Positions 37,380 to 50,485 of a stretch of DNA of 64,000 bases are shown here, piece by piece. Position 1 is the stretch's first letter; each line of letters starts with the position of its first letter. The notes beneath the pieces were generated by a model. The model was not told where the DNA came from. It made no database searches and saw only the letters and a list, made by a program, of their open reading frames with translations. Location: the NCBI RefSeq assembly GCF_018350175.1, contig NC_058368.1, positions 125,490,001-125,554,000 of the forward strand. The letters run 5' to 3'. The DNA comes from Felis catus. Lineage: Eukaryota. The position numbers and the translations under genes were made by a program.

Positions 37380-37690
37380 GGACATCTTAACAATAAATAC
37401 TTCCCTGATCCCTTCATTCAAAACAGAAACCCACCATCACCCAGGCCCTTCAGATAATAGTTTTTACAGACAAAAATTTTTTTCCATGGCATTTTTTACA
37501 TCTTGATGTATTATACATTTTGCTTCTTCATTTGTTTATTGTTGAATATTCTCCTTACCCCCACTTCCTACCTGAATTTCAGTACCATAGGGCAGGAATA
37601 TTTTTTTGTTCATTTCTTTGTCCCATTCCTCCTCCTCTCCATCCCCTGAGACAGTGGCAGAGCTTATAAAGGGTGCTCTTAAGGATTAGA
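37380..37690 (+). mobile_element. L2 3' fragment
   Basis: cttccctgatccc; tttccatggcattt; catttgtttattgtt; ccatagggcagga. Confidence 0.55.
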
Positions 37691-39044
37691 TGGGGAAAAA
37701 AACCAGATTGGGTAAGCCTCAGAACAAAATCAAGCAGGGTAAAAGTAATATTGTTACTACCACTTAACAGATGGAGGAGTCAATTTACCTTAGCTATTTG
37801 GCAAGGGTCTCAGGACTCAGAGTCTCCTTTTCCTCCTTTGATCAACTAAGTTTCACAACTGATGAAAAGATGCAGTGATATACTTAATTCATGAAAATAT
37901 CATGAAATTCATTTTACAACTCTAACTCTAGACCTGGATATTTGATAAAAAACACTACCTAAGACTGCAGTATTTGTAAATTTAGTTAGATCCTTTAGGC
38001 AAATGACAACTATGAAAAAATAGAAAACATCCTGTGCATTAGAACAGTGTCTGACAGCCATGCCAGACCTAACCAGCCTGTTAACACTTATACTGGTCTG
38101 CTTGTTTAGAGATCCTCGGCAGCATCTGTCATGCCAGAAGTATGGCAAACAAAGTGTCTCGATGGGAATAAACTGGTTAATTTGTTTCACTCCAGCTGGT
38201 TGAAGCTCCATTACCTGCCAAGTCTGTTTAATGTGGTTGTCATTGTCCTTTTGCTCCATATCTACAGTCTGATTGCACTATTGTGTGTAGACTGTTACTA
38301 TTAATAACTACAGTTAGTGTATTATTCTGAGGCAGAATCACTTTTATTTCATCACAATAAGGATTTGCTTTTGTCCTGAAATGTTAGGTATATCTCAGTG
38401 CCAACCATCCCAGGGCTGACTTGTCTGTACTGATAAAGATGTCTGATTACCTCCATTTTATCTTCTCACATACATTATTGGTTCTCACAATGCTCTAGTT
38501 TAGTTGTACAATTCTAGTTTAAAATCAATATTTGGTAGATTAAGAGTATGAGAAGAGTATGAGAAGAAAAAAATTAGCAAGAGAATTTTTATACTGCTAG
38601 TAATGAAACTTTTTGCTTTGGTAGGATGTTTCCTAGTCTATGGAAGAAAAGAAGGATGTGATCTCATATGACTGTACATAGTAGCATTCACGATTACTTC
38701 CTATTGGTGGTGAAATCTGGTAGGATTCCCTGTGTTAAACCAAGAAGAGTCAACAGGAAGAGGTTGTGAGAACATTTGTTACTGTGTAAATTTCCAAGAG
38801 ACAGGGGAATGGATAAGCTGGTCTTAGAATCATTTTCAAAAATAATAAGACTCACTAAAATTGTGCTGGGTCAAATAATGATGTATATCCCTTTTATGTT
38901 CTGGTACTTTGCCAATATAGGTATACACACAGGCATGTACTTTCACACTCCTCTTATGTCCATATATTCACAAAGTCCTCCCCTTATACATGTTTCCTGA
39001 ATATACTTCCATTTTTCCCTTTGAGAACAAGTGAACACTGAGAG

Positions 39045-39270
39045 ACTGTGGTGTACATAGAGGGAAATGTCCTGACCTAGCAGTTATAGATCACAGCTTT
39101 TGGTCCTGGCCTTTTAATAAACTCATTGTATAAGCCAATTAATTCTTCTTAGCCTTATATTGTTATTATAAACTAAGTTCATAACCTTTGGTATACTAAC
39201 CTCACAAGATTGTAGGAGTCAGAAGAGAGGACATGTGAACACAGAATTACACAGGATTGTGCACATAAAG
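39045..39270 (+). mobile_element. MIR
   Basis: actgtggtgtacatagag...cttagccttat...ctaacctcacaagattgt. Confidence 0.5.
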
Positions 39271-39454
39271 ACATCATGGTTGTTTTGAGTACCATAGTAC
39301 AATCTGATCAGTGAAGGAGGACAGGGAGAGGAAATTCATATTGCCTCTTAGGGGCTCAAGGCAGCATTTGGGAATCCTAACAATCACCTTTCCTTCTTTG
39401 GGAGATCCCTACTGAGGGAGCACACAGGCACAATAGCCAAATGAGAAACTAAAT

Positions 39455-39950
39455 ACCATATTAATTTTATGTGTTAACTTGACTGGGTTAAGGGAGCTGG
39501 TAAACATTATTTCTTCATGTATTTGTGAGGGTGTCTCAGGAAGAGATCAGCGTTTGAATCTGTGGATTGAGTAAGCAATCACCCTCACAAATGAGGGTGA
39601 GGCCCACTGAGGGCCTGAACAGAACAAAAGGTGGAAGAAGGGCAAATTTGTTTTCTGCTTGACCTAAGATATCCATCTTCTCCTGCCCTTGGACATTCAC
39701 TCTCCTGGCTCTCAGACTTTCAGACTCTACCTGAGAGTTATACTGTTGCCCACTTTGCTTCTCAGGCTTTCAGACTTGGACTGAATTATATTATCAGTTT
39801 TCCTTATTGTCTAGATTGCAGATGGCAGATTGTGGGACTTCTTAGCCTCCATAACTTTGTGAACCAATTCCTATGATAGATGTCCTCTTATATATAGCTC
39901 TTTATAGATCCTATCCATTCCATTTTTCTGGAGAACCCTGGCTAAATTAC
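39455..39950 (+). mobile_element. MLT2 (ERV-L) solo LTR
   Basis: ttaattttatgtgttaacttgactggg...ttgcagatggcagattgtgggacttcttagcctccataa...tctggagaaccctggctaa. Confidence 0.9.
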
Positions 39951-40850
39951 CACTTCATTAATGTTTGATAAGTATCCAATAATCTCATCTTATAAATGTT
40001 GTATTGGAAAATAGGTTAGGCTCTAGGCCTAAGGGAGGCTTCCTACTTGATTTCTCTTGAATATAAAGGCCCCATAGTTATAAATAGAGAAGGTATAAGG
40101 GAAGATGTGATGGATGTGAAGTGAGGTGGAAAGAGAGAGTGAGAGTGAACAAGTAAGCCAACTAGTTCCAACTGTGAGGGAAAGAACCCTGGAACCTGGC
40201 TGTGGTCAGCCTAACACATGGAGGCAGAAAAACGTTGCAAAGGCCCTTGCTTTCAAGACACAGTTACTCCCTGTACCTTGGTCTCAGATGGATTAGATGC
40301 ATGATTTCTGCTCCCTTGGAGCTGGAGGTGAGGGGTAGCACATGAAGGGGTAGGCAGAGGTATGAAAGTGTGTGACACAAGAACAGAAGGGCTCATTACC
40401 AGACTCCAGAGGATGTATTAGTTTATGACCCCAGCAGTTTGGTATTATCAGCTCCATGACTCTAGGCTCCCTGAGATGAAAATTTAGGAAGAAGGTAAAG
40501 ATGGGAGTGTGTGTGTGCGTTTGTGTGTGTATGACAGTGTATTTTCTTCCCCTTTACTGAAGATGTTGCATGAATGAGACCTTGCTAGTGGTTACTTAGG
40601 AATTATGTTCACTGTCTTGTGTTTTCATCTCATAAATACATGGACTACATTGTGGGGTAGTGCCTCTGTGGGCACAGTTAGAACGTCTTTCTCAGTACCT
40701 ATGATTTAGGACAATATGGATTTTATTTTTCTGTTTTTCTTCTTAAGTTCTCAGAGATAAAGTGAAGAAATGAGACTAAAGACAAGGCATCTCAAAATCT
40801 AAAATGTTGTACGTTCAGTTTTGGTTCCTTCATTCAAAGTTCACACATAA

Positions 40851-41070
40851 GGGGCGCCTGGGTGGCGCAGTCGGTTAAGCGTCCGACTTCAGCCAGGTCA
40901 CGATCTCGCGGTCCATGAGTTCGAGCCCCACGTCAGGCTCTGGGCTGATGGCTCAGAGCCTGGAGCCTGTTTCCGATTCTGTGTCTCCCTCTCTCTCTGC
41001 CCCTCCCCCGTTCATGCTCTGTCTCTCTCTGTCCCAAAAATAAATAAACGTTGAAAAAAAAAAAAAACAA
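40851..41070 (+). mobile_element. Young Can-SINE (SINEC_Fc)
   Basis: Near consensus; perfect 16-bp TSD caaagttcacacataa (40835-40850, 41071-41086). Confidence 0.98.
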
Positions 41071-41156
41071 CAAAGTTCACACATAAAAGGTATTCTAGGC
41101 ATCTCATTCATACAGATGGAGAAATAGAAATGACTGCATCCTGTCAGTGGATTCTT

Positions 41157-41380
41157 TTTTTTCTTACATTCTGTTTTTTTTAAAGTTTATTTATCTATTT
41201 TGAGAGAGAGAAAGCGAGTGAGGTGGGGCAGAGAGAGGGAGAGAGAGAGAGAAAACCAAGTAGTCTTCTCGCTGACAGAGTGGAAACTAATGTGGGGCTT
41301 GAACTCATGACCCATGAGATCATGACCTGAGCTGACACCAAGAGTAGGATGCTGAACCGACTGAGCCACCCAGGAGCCCC
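41157..41380 (-). mobile_element. Older Can-SINE
   Basis: TSD tcctgtcagtg(g/a)attctt (41139-41156, 41381-41398). Confidence 0.93.
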
Positions 41381-42687
41381 TCCTGTCAGTGAATTCTTAA
41401 TTTTTGTTTATTTTGGACTTTTTAAAAGTCAAACATGTTAAATACTTCCAGATTAGAAATTTAATTTTTTAAAACAAAATTTGAGGGGACTAAAATAGGA
41501 TATGCTTTGTTTCCTATAGAAATTTTGTTAAATGGAAAAGCTAGTGAAAACGTTTCTGATGAAACAACATCCAATGATTTTACACTATTGATTTCAAATG
41601 TCCTGTGGTGTTTCATGATTTTACAACAAACTCTATCCCTTCACTCACTTAGTAGGCTATACATAAAAACTTCAAACCCTGGGAATGATTGTGGGCACCA
41701 CAAAGATATTTAGACCAGCATCTTCTGACAAAAATACTGGTCTTTGAGCCCTGAAATTATAATTCACCAATTTTTAAAAAAGGAACAAGGTAAACAGATA
41801 CTTTCTTCTTCTATAAAAATTAAACTCAGAAGTAAAAAGACTTATTTATATATAGAGCGGCTTCAGCCCAGCTATCCTCATATGTTTAGAATTTGGGATG
41901 AGGCCCTGTGCATAGTAGGTACTCAAACAAAAGGAGCCAGTCGGCAATTGATCATACTACTTTGCAACTCCCTGCTTCATTCATCTTCCTGTACTTTTTT
42001 TAGAGGAATAAATTACCCCAAAACTCCTGCTATGCCCCAGGTACTTGGAAAAACCTCTCTTGTTCTTATTTTTTTCTAGTTTCCCAAAGTATAAGTGAAT
42101 TTAGATTCTAGTAGGTTATTGGGAAGAATGGTGGAGGGCTGTATTGTTAATGCAGTGTCAACAAAGTGAATGAGAAATTGAAAGTTTTAATGTGTGTGGA
42201 GGTGTCTGTGCGTCTGTTTTTATAGTTCAAACAATTATGTTTTTCTCTTGAAGTGATTGATTATTTTGGAATCATATGGACTCTGTTACTTTTTAAATAT
42301 TATCATTAACCATTTTTAGGAATTCATCATATTCTTATTGTATTCTTAACTACATGTATTTTTGGTTCTTTTAAAAATTTCTCCTTTTCATAGGAGATTT
42401 TGATGTGACTACTATATATTTGCTTAATTGTTGAATATTCCTGGGATACTAGTCAGTCAACCAGAACGTATTGGCCACCTCCATAGGGTTCAATTAGAGG
42501 AGGCACTGTGAATGATAGAGCAAAGCATGGGGTGTGGCCATAATGGATAAACCTGTTTGTCCTGAGTGGTTTGGGGAATAAGACTCATTTTTTCCTAGGC
42601 CTGACCTTATGAAGAATACATTGTCTGGAATGGATAAAGCTCATACACATGAAAATCATTGATAGAAATATTCACTTTATGTAATAG

Positions 42688-42915
42688 TGTTAGTTGGGGC
42701 TCAGGCTAAGCTATTTTATCTAATGTTTCAAGAGTGCAGTGACTCAAACAAGATAAAAATGTATTTCTCTTCAGGATCAGTTGTGCATTCCTCCAGGGCA
42801 ATTTGGCTCTTGGGGTCTAGGTTTCTCCTCTTGTTCTACCATGGGTGAAGCTGGCTTACCCTTACATCCTCCACACTCCAGCTTATAGCAAGGGAAAGTG
42901 ACGCATGAGCAATGC
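42688..42915 (-). mobile_element. Old MLT1 (J/K-like) LTR fragment
   Basis: cagtgactcaaacaagataaaaatgtatttctct...cctccacactccagc. Confidence 0.5.
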
Positions 42916-42934
42916 TTTAAAAAAAACAGCATCC

Positions 42935-43143
42935 GGGGTGCATGGGTGGCTCAGTTTGTTGAGTGTCTGACTCTTGATTTCGTCTCAGGTCATGATCTCG
43001 CAGTTTCATGTGTTCATATCTCATGTCTGGCTCTGAGCTGGCAGAGTGGAGCCTGCTTGGGATTCTCTCTCTCCTCTCTCTGACCCTCCCCTACTTGTGC
43101 TGTCTTTGTCTCTCTCAAAATAAGTAAGTAAACTTAAAAAAAA
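42935..43143 (+). mobile_element. Older Can-SINE
   Basis: ggggtgcatgggtggctcag head; flanks aaaaaa(a/t)cagcatc. Confidence 0.93.
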
Positions 43144-44766
43144 TCAGCATCACTGAGCTGGACTTTACAGAAAATAAAATGCACGTATTTTAATTGTACA
43201 GTTTATTGGATTTTGACAAATATTTGTACCTATTTAACCATCACTCTAATTAAAATACTGAACATTTTCATAGTCCCCAAAGTTTCCTTGAGCCCTTTTC
43301 AGTAAATACCATCTACTCTTGGTCTAAGACAGCCACTGATCCTCTGTTACTATGGATTAGTTTTGCCTGTTGTAGAGTTTCACATAAGTACTTTCAGGCT
43401 GGGACTAAGGTGATATAGATTGGAGCAGACCCTCACCCTCAGTTTCATGCTAATGTAGACCTTCCAATATACCTTGTACCATGTTACTGAGTTTACTATT
43501 TTTGCAATTTATGTCTTTTGTTGTGTGTTTCAGTAGTTTGTTCTTTTTCATTCATGTGTAGTCTTTGTTATACCATAATTTGTTCTTTTATTGATGAACA
43601 TTTGGGCTGTTTCCATTTTGGGACTTTTACGAGTACACTGCCATGAACAGTTGTGTACAAATGTTTTTGTGGATGTGTTTTCATTTTTCTTGGGAAGAAA
43701 TTTAGGATTGGAATTGCTGGATCATATAGTAAGTATGCATTGAACTTCACGAGACTGCCAAACTATTTTCAAAAGTAGTTGTAATACTTAATACTCTTAC
43801 AAGCCGTATACTTACTCTCATTAGCAACCTTTGTTTTAACAAACTATTCTAGTGGCTGTGCAGTGACATCAATTGAATTTTTGATTTTCTTCCCCTGATA
43901 GTTAATAATTTTCAACCTGGCTTTATGTGTGATTTTATGTGATGAGTAACCATTCATGTATTTTTGTGTGTGTAAAATACTGGCTACAGTCTTTTGCCCA
44001 TTAAAAAAATTGGGTTGTCTTCTTCATATTGAGAAAAGTTCTTTTTATATTCCAGTATAAAGATCTGTGTCAGATATATATATGTACTGTATATATCTTC
44101 TCTAGTGTAGCTTGTCTTTTAATTTTATTAATGGTATTTTTCAAAAAATTGAAGTTTTTAATGTTGATGAATTCTGGTTCATTAATTTTTTTTCATGATT
44201 CATGCTTTATGTGACCCTTTTAGTATCTGTAGAATCTGTAGTAATATCCCCTGTGTCATTCCTGATAGTGGTAATTTGTGTTTTATCTTTCTCTCTGCAC
44301 CCCCTCTTTTTTTTTTTTTTAGAACTTTATAAAATTTGTTGACATTTTCAAAGAGCTGATTTGAGTTTTATTTTCTCTATTTGCTTATTGTATGATACTA
44401 TTATTTTTATTCTTTATTATTTTCTTCCTTTTATTTAATGTGGATTTAATTTGCTCTTCCTTTTTGAACTTCTTAGGGTGATACCTTAGGACATATATTT
44501 TAGCTTTTTCTTCTTCTCTAACATATGCCGTTAAAGCCATAAAGTTTTCTCTAAGTACTACTTTAGCTGCATCTCCCCAACTTTGATCTGTTGTGTTTTA
44601 TTTTTATTCACTTCAACATACTTTCTAATCTTATTTTTGATTTATTCTTTGGCCTAGGGTAATTTAGAAATGTGTCACTTAATTTCTAAATATCTGGAAA
44701 ATTTCCAGATAATCTTGTTTTTGTTGACTTATCTTTTAATTCACCAGTGGTCTGAGAACATACTCT

Positions 44767-46736
44767 TATTTTATTTTATTTTATTTTATTTTATTTTATT
44801 TTATTTTATTTTATTATTTTTTTTCAATATATGAAGTTTATTGTCAAATTGGTTTCCATACAACACCCAGTGCTCATCCCAAAAGGTGCCCTGTTCAATA
44901 CCCATCACCCACCCTCCCCTCCCTCCCACCCCCCATCAACCCTCAGTTTGTTCTCAGTTTTTTTTTTAATTTTTTTTTAACGTTTATTTATTTTTGAGAC
45001 AGAGAGAGACAGAGCATGAACAGGGGAGGGGCAGAGAGAGAGGGAGACACAGAATCGGAAACAGGCTCCAGGCTCTAAGCTGTCAGCACAGAGCCCGACG
45101 CGGGGCTCGAACTCACGGACCGTGAGATCATAACCTGAGCCGAAGTCAGCCGCTTAACCGACCAAGCCACCCAGGCGCCCCTGTTCTCAGTTTTTAAGAG
45201 TGTCTTATGCTTTGGCTCTCTTCTACTCTAACCTCTTTTTTTTTTTCCTTCCCCTCCCCCATGGGTTTCTGTTAAGTTTCTCAGGATCCACATAAGAGTG
45301 AAAACATATGGTATCTGTCTTTCTCTGTATGGCTTATGCCACTTAGCATCACACTCTCCAGTTCCATCTGTGTTGCTACAAAGGGCCATATTTCATTCTT
45401 TCTCATTGCCCCGTAGTACTCCATTGTGTATATAAACCACAATTTCTTGATCCATTCATCAGTTGATGGACATTTAGGCTCTTTCCATAATTTGGCTATT
45501 GTTGAGAGTGCTGCTATAAACATTGGGGTACAAGTGCCCCTATGCATCAATACTCCTGTGTCCCTTGGGTAAATTCCTAGCAGTGCTATTGCTGGGTCAT
45601 AGGGTAGGTCTATTTTTAATTTTCTGAGGAACCTCCACACTGTTTTCCAGAGCGGCTGCACCAATTTGCATTCCCACCAACAGTGCAAGAGGGTTCCCAT
45701 TTCTCCACATCCTCGCCAACATCTATAGTCTCCTGACTTGTTCATTTAGGCCACTTGACTGGCGTGAGGTGATATCTGAGTGTGGTTTTGATTTGTATTT
45801 CCCTGATGAGGAGCGACGTTGAGCATCTTTTCATGTGCCTGTTGGCCATCCAGATGTCTTCTTTAGAGAAGTGTCTATTCATGTTTTCTGCCCATCTCTT
45901 CACTGGGTTATTTGTTTCTCAGGTGTGGAGTTTGGTGAGCTCTTTATAGATTTTGGATACTAGCCCTTTGTCCGATATATCATTTGCAAATATCTTTTCC
46001 CATTCCGTTGGTTGCCTTTTAGTTTTGTTGGTTGTTTCCTTTGCTGTGCAGAAGCTTTTTATCTTCATAAGGTCCCAGTAGTTCATTTTTGCTTTTAATT
46101 CGCTTGCCTTTGGGGATGTATCAAGTAAGAAATTGCTATGGCTGAGGTCAGAGAGGTCTTTTCCTGCTTTCTCCTCTAGGGTTTTGATGGTTTCCTGTCT
46201 CACATTCAGGTCCTTTATCCATTTTGAGTTTATTTTTGTAAAAGGTGTGAGAAAATGGTCTAGTTTCAACCTTCTGCATGTTGCTGTCCAGTTCTCCCGG
46301 CACCATTTGTTAAAGAGACTGTCTTTTTTCCATTGGATGTTCTTTCCTGCTTTGTCAAAGATTAGTTGGCCATACGTTTGTGGGTATAGTTCTGGAGTTT
46401 CTATTCTATTCCATTGGTCTATGTGTCTGTTTTTGTGCCAATACCATGCTGTCTTGATGATTACAGCTTTGTAGTAGAGGCTAAAAGTCTGGGATTGTGA
46501 TGCTTCCTGCTTTGGTCTTCTTCAAAATGACTTGGCTATTTGGGGCCTTTTGTGGTTCCATATGAATCTTAGGATTGCTTGTTCTAGTTTCAAGAAGACT
46601 GCTGGTGCAATTTTGATTGGGATTGCATTGAATGTGTAGATAGCTTTGGGTAGTATTGACATTTTGACAATATTTATTCTTCCAATCCATGAGCACAGAA
46701 TGTTTTTCCATTTGTTTGTATCTTCTTCAATTTCCA
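44767..46736 (-). mobile_element. 5'-truncated feline L1 (about 1.75 kb excluding the nested SINE)
   Basis: ORF2 peptides [52 protein letters not shown] and the CCHC domain, frameshifted; (TAAAA)n tail; TSD aacatactct (44757-44766, 46737-46746). Confidence 0.97.
44963..45181 (-). mobile_element. Can-SINE nested in the feline L1 3' UTR
   Basis: TSD tgttctcagttttt (44949-44962, 45182-45195). Confidence 0.97.
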
Positions 46737-47199
46737 AACATACTCTATTTTATATCAGTTCTTGTAATTTCTTTAAATTTGTTTTATAGACAAGATCTAA
46801 GTGGTATATTTTGGCTAATGTTTGGTAAGTACTTAAATTCAATGTATAGTTGGCTGTTACTGAGTCTTGTGCTTTATAAATATTGATTAGGTCAAATTGG
46901 TTTACATTTTTTTTAAAGGTTCTGTACATCCTTATTGATTTTTCTCTTAGTTCTGTCAATTACTTAGGGTTGAAATCTTCAAAAAATTTTAAATAATGTC
47001 TTCTTTAAAAAACAGGTTATGAAAAGTTGTATAATTGATTTCAGCTCACATTCCATTGGTGTAATTTAAGTTATATTCATAATAGTTAAATGTAGTTTTT
47101 AGATGGGAGTCATGTGTGTAGATAAAAAGAGGATTCTGTTACTTAAATGAAAGAAGTTTAGAAACTGGGGAAAATGTTCCATCTCTGCCATGATAATTC

Positions 47200-47640
47200 A
47201 ATCATAACCTACCTAGAACAGACCATAAATTCTGTAGGAGTTCAGAGGAAGGAGTCTTCAATGTCAAACAAATTGTTGGGTAGTGGGACATCAATGCTGA
47301 CTAGGCTTAACACAGATTGGGGATTTGAGGAAGGTGGAAGGAGAATGACAGCAGTAGAAGTGAGAACAGTGTATATCGGGCAGAGGTTGAGGAGGTTCAA
47401 GCAGTGAGTTAATATTGGATGTTACTGGGAAATCAGGATTGGAAGGCACATTGTGGGGTCAAATTAAGGAGGTCCTGAAATAGCCAGATAACAGAACTTA
47501 CATTTGCTTCAGCAAGCCAGAATTCAAGTTTTTGAGCAGGGAGATCATCTAATGAAAGAGATGCTTCCTAAGGTAAGAGAAACCACCTGGTTTAGTGTTC
47601 CAGGTGTGACGTGATGAGTCTTCAGTGGGAATGGAGAGAA
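47200..47640 (-). mobile_element. L2 fragment
   Basis: ctgtaggagttcagagg; gtttttgagcagggagatcatcta; ccaggtgtgacgtgatgag. Confidence 0.5.
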
Positions 47641-48556
47641 TGCAACAATATTGCTTTTATTCTTTGCTGGATATATTGACAGGTGCATCAGCTACTACTT
47701 CCATTGTTGCTACCAGAGCTGGGTCATGTGGCCTGTGAGGTCTAAGTGACCATGCACTGGTGGGCAGATTAAGATATCTCAATGTCTCCATCTTCTTAAT
47801 GGAGGTGGGTGGAGGTACTGAGACTCCTTTTCAGGCAATCAAAGCTCTTTTAGATTCATATTGAACAAACACTTCGGAAAGTTTTTTTGCGACTCAAAGT
47901 CCAGTTCACCTCCAACCATTCAGGGTTTTTTGTCTCATAAAAATGCTGCAAGTCAATTCAGAACAATGAATAAACCAGTAGGAACAAAAGCCAAGTTGTC
48001 TGCCCCGCCTTTGGGTAGTAATCAGCATTTGCTTCCTGGGGAGCACATATTCCTGGGAGTGTCATATTTCTTTCCATATGTGGCAGGCTCCAAACTGCTG
48101 CTGCTTTGCAGGCTTCCCCATGCTCTCCTGACTGAGTCTTTCTGTTTGGTAGCCGAATATCTCCAACTCTGTGCTTACTGTTTTACATTGGGGTTGCATG
48201 AAAAATAAGGGAAACATGAGGCAGCTAATGACTACATCATGGATGAGCCACAACCATTTGAGTTCACATCTAATTCTTTGGTGTCTCTGAGGGAGGGTAT
48301 GGTCTCAATTAGGTTAGGAATGAAGTAGGAGGGATGGAAGAAAGAGACAGCTTTTCCTTGATCTATGGCTTCTGGGTGGGATTCAAATCCACATGTTTCT
48401 CTAGACCTGCACACCAAAGTCAAAACTCCCTACATGAGTCATGTGTGGGATGCTTATTTTGTTTCCCAGAGCTTAATTCCAAGGCTCCCCCACCATCCTT
48501 TCCTTCTTCCCTTACCATATCAACACTTGAAAACTGCTTGAATCCATAGTGGATAT

Positions 48557-48650
48557 GGAGGGAAGGAGGGAAGGAAAGAAGGAATGAAAGAAGAAGGGAA
48601 GGAAGGAAGGGAGCGAGGGAGGAAGGAAAGAATGAAGTAAGGAAGGAAGT
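48557..48650. repeat. (GGAA)/(GGGA)-rich polypurine tract
   Basis: Read directly from the sequence. Confidence 0.85.
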
Positions 48651-49874
48651 GACAGTATATCATCAAGAAAGCACAAAAGAGGTATATTGTGGGCAAAAGA
48701 AGAAGATGAGAAGGATAAAGGTATCTGTATATTTTGTTCTGCTTATATTTTCTTTCCTTGTCCCTAAGATGATCCCAACCCGAAATAGAAAACAGCTAGT
48801 TGGGCTATATCTTTTCTGTCTCAACTTCTAACCTGGCAAAGACTGCAACATTAGTTTGCTGGTGCAGCTCCTGAGGTTAGGTGAAGATGCCATGGAAAGC
48901 ATTAAGACTCTAGCATTCCTCTTTGGCCCTAGTCTTGACCAAGAACTATGTCTTTCATGTGTATGCTGTTCGGTCATTATGAGTTTTGTTAGGGTATGGC
49001 TCTTCCCCTAAATGACCACTAGTCTGACCCAAACCAGCTTTTATGAGCAAAGATCAAGGGTAATGAGTTAATGAGAGTAGCACACTTGGTTAAGCAAGCT
49101 TTATTTGGTCTTCAGGAATCTATTTTATAGATGCAAAAGAGTTCACTTAAATACCGTATGGTTCTGATTAGCTGGCTTTTGGTTAACCCAAACATGCAGT
49201 TAAGCAAATGTGATCCAGCTTGCCCTCCAGCCCTGAGGCCAGCTTCCCTAAACTCTGGTGTTAGCAAAGTATCTCCACACTTAGAGGGCTTTTATGATGT
49301 GGAGTGAATTTTTTTAAAGACAAGTTGCCAAAGATGAACCTCCCACTAACACACAGCTAAAGGAAAATCTATAGGCTGACATACATATTTTCTCACATCT
49401 ACAATTTATGCATGTGAACAAAGCCATGTGATTTTATTAAACTGATGAAACAAAACATGTCTCAAAGTGATTAAGGACAAATACTCTATGTTTGCTTTAT
49501 TCTGGTGGAGTACTGAAGTGCCTGCAAAATCACAAAACTGGCTTTGTGATAGTTGTGCTTAGGGTGGCAAATTTGTCCTCTTTGGGGATGTTAATACCCT
49601 TCTGAGATTTTATATTATTGCCTTCTGCTGAGCATTCTTCCTTGTCATATTCAGTTGTAGTGAAGGGAAGTGGTCAATATCCATATTCTCCCTACCACCC
49701 CCATGAGTGGTTCAGAATATATGCTGTGCCCAAAGAGGGACAATTGCATAGGTATGAAGGTGAAGAGCTGAAAGAAGGCTTTGTGGTTGATGATAGTGGA
49801 GTTCAGAAAAGCAAGAAGTCAGAAGGGCTGGAGGTAAGTGATGAGAAACAAGCACTTAAGTATGTTTGTGGGTA

Positions 49875-50007
49875 GAGGCCCTGGGTGGCTCACTCGTTTC
49901 AGCATCCAACTCTTGATTTTGGCTCAGGTCATGATCTCTTGGTTCCTGAGTTCCAGCCTCACTTTGGGCTCTGTGCTGTTGGTGTGAAGCCTGCCTGGGA
50001 TTCTCGC

Positions 50008-50041
<34 letters not shown>

Positions 50042-50049
50042 CTTACCCT

Positions 50050-50107
<58 letters not shown>

Positions 50108-50146
50108 CCTCCCTCCCTCCCTCAAGAGAAAAATAAACTTAAAAAA
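49875..50146 (+). mobile_element. Older Can-SINE with expanded (CT)n/(CCCT)n
   Basis: ctgggtggctca head; long CT runs at 50011-50122; degenerate TSD aagt(a/g)tgt(t/a)tgt(g/a)ggt. Confidence 0.93.
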
Positions 50147-50249
50147 AAGTGTGTATGTAGGTTCTTTCCCATTTTTGTTTCTAATTTTGTAGGATTTAAA
50201 CCTGGGACTGCAATTAATTGCCCAGAAATAGGTTAATCACTATATCATT

Positions 50250-50485
50250 TGGGCAAGCATGGGGCTACAAGCTCTGGGACTAGATCAACCTGGATTTAGT
50301 TCTTGGTTTTGCTACTTATTTTTGTGGCTTTGGAGAAATGACTTTGTCTCTGAGTTTTAATTTCTTCATCTGTAAGATGGGTGGAATCATAACAGTGTGC
50401 CAACAGGTTGGTGTAAGGATGAAAAATACTCTATACAAAGGGCCTGATGCAAAGTAGGTACTTAATAAATGGCAAGTGTTATTAT
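50250..50485 (+). mobile_element. MIR, near full length
   Basis: tctctgagttttaatttcttcatctgtaagatggg...gtaggtacttaataaatggcaag. Confidence 0.8.

Larger units (their letters stand above)
43150..46980 (-). mobile_element. Old L1M (L1MB/ME-like) fragments, split by a feline L1
   Basis: 3' UTR 43150-43550; ORF2 C-terminal peptide LLYDPAIPIL...WKQPKCSS; endonuclease-like NQFDLINIYK...ANYT at 46750-46959. Confidence 0.8.

Noticed and set aside
43386..43470. Possible small hAT MITE inside the old L1
   Set aside because: Only one terminus-like motif (caggctgggactaaggtga); too weak to call.
45281..46737. Cluster of minus-strand ORFs
   Set aside because: Frameshifted pieces of a 5'-truncated L1 ORF2 that cannot be active.
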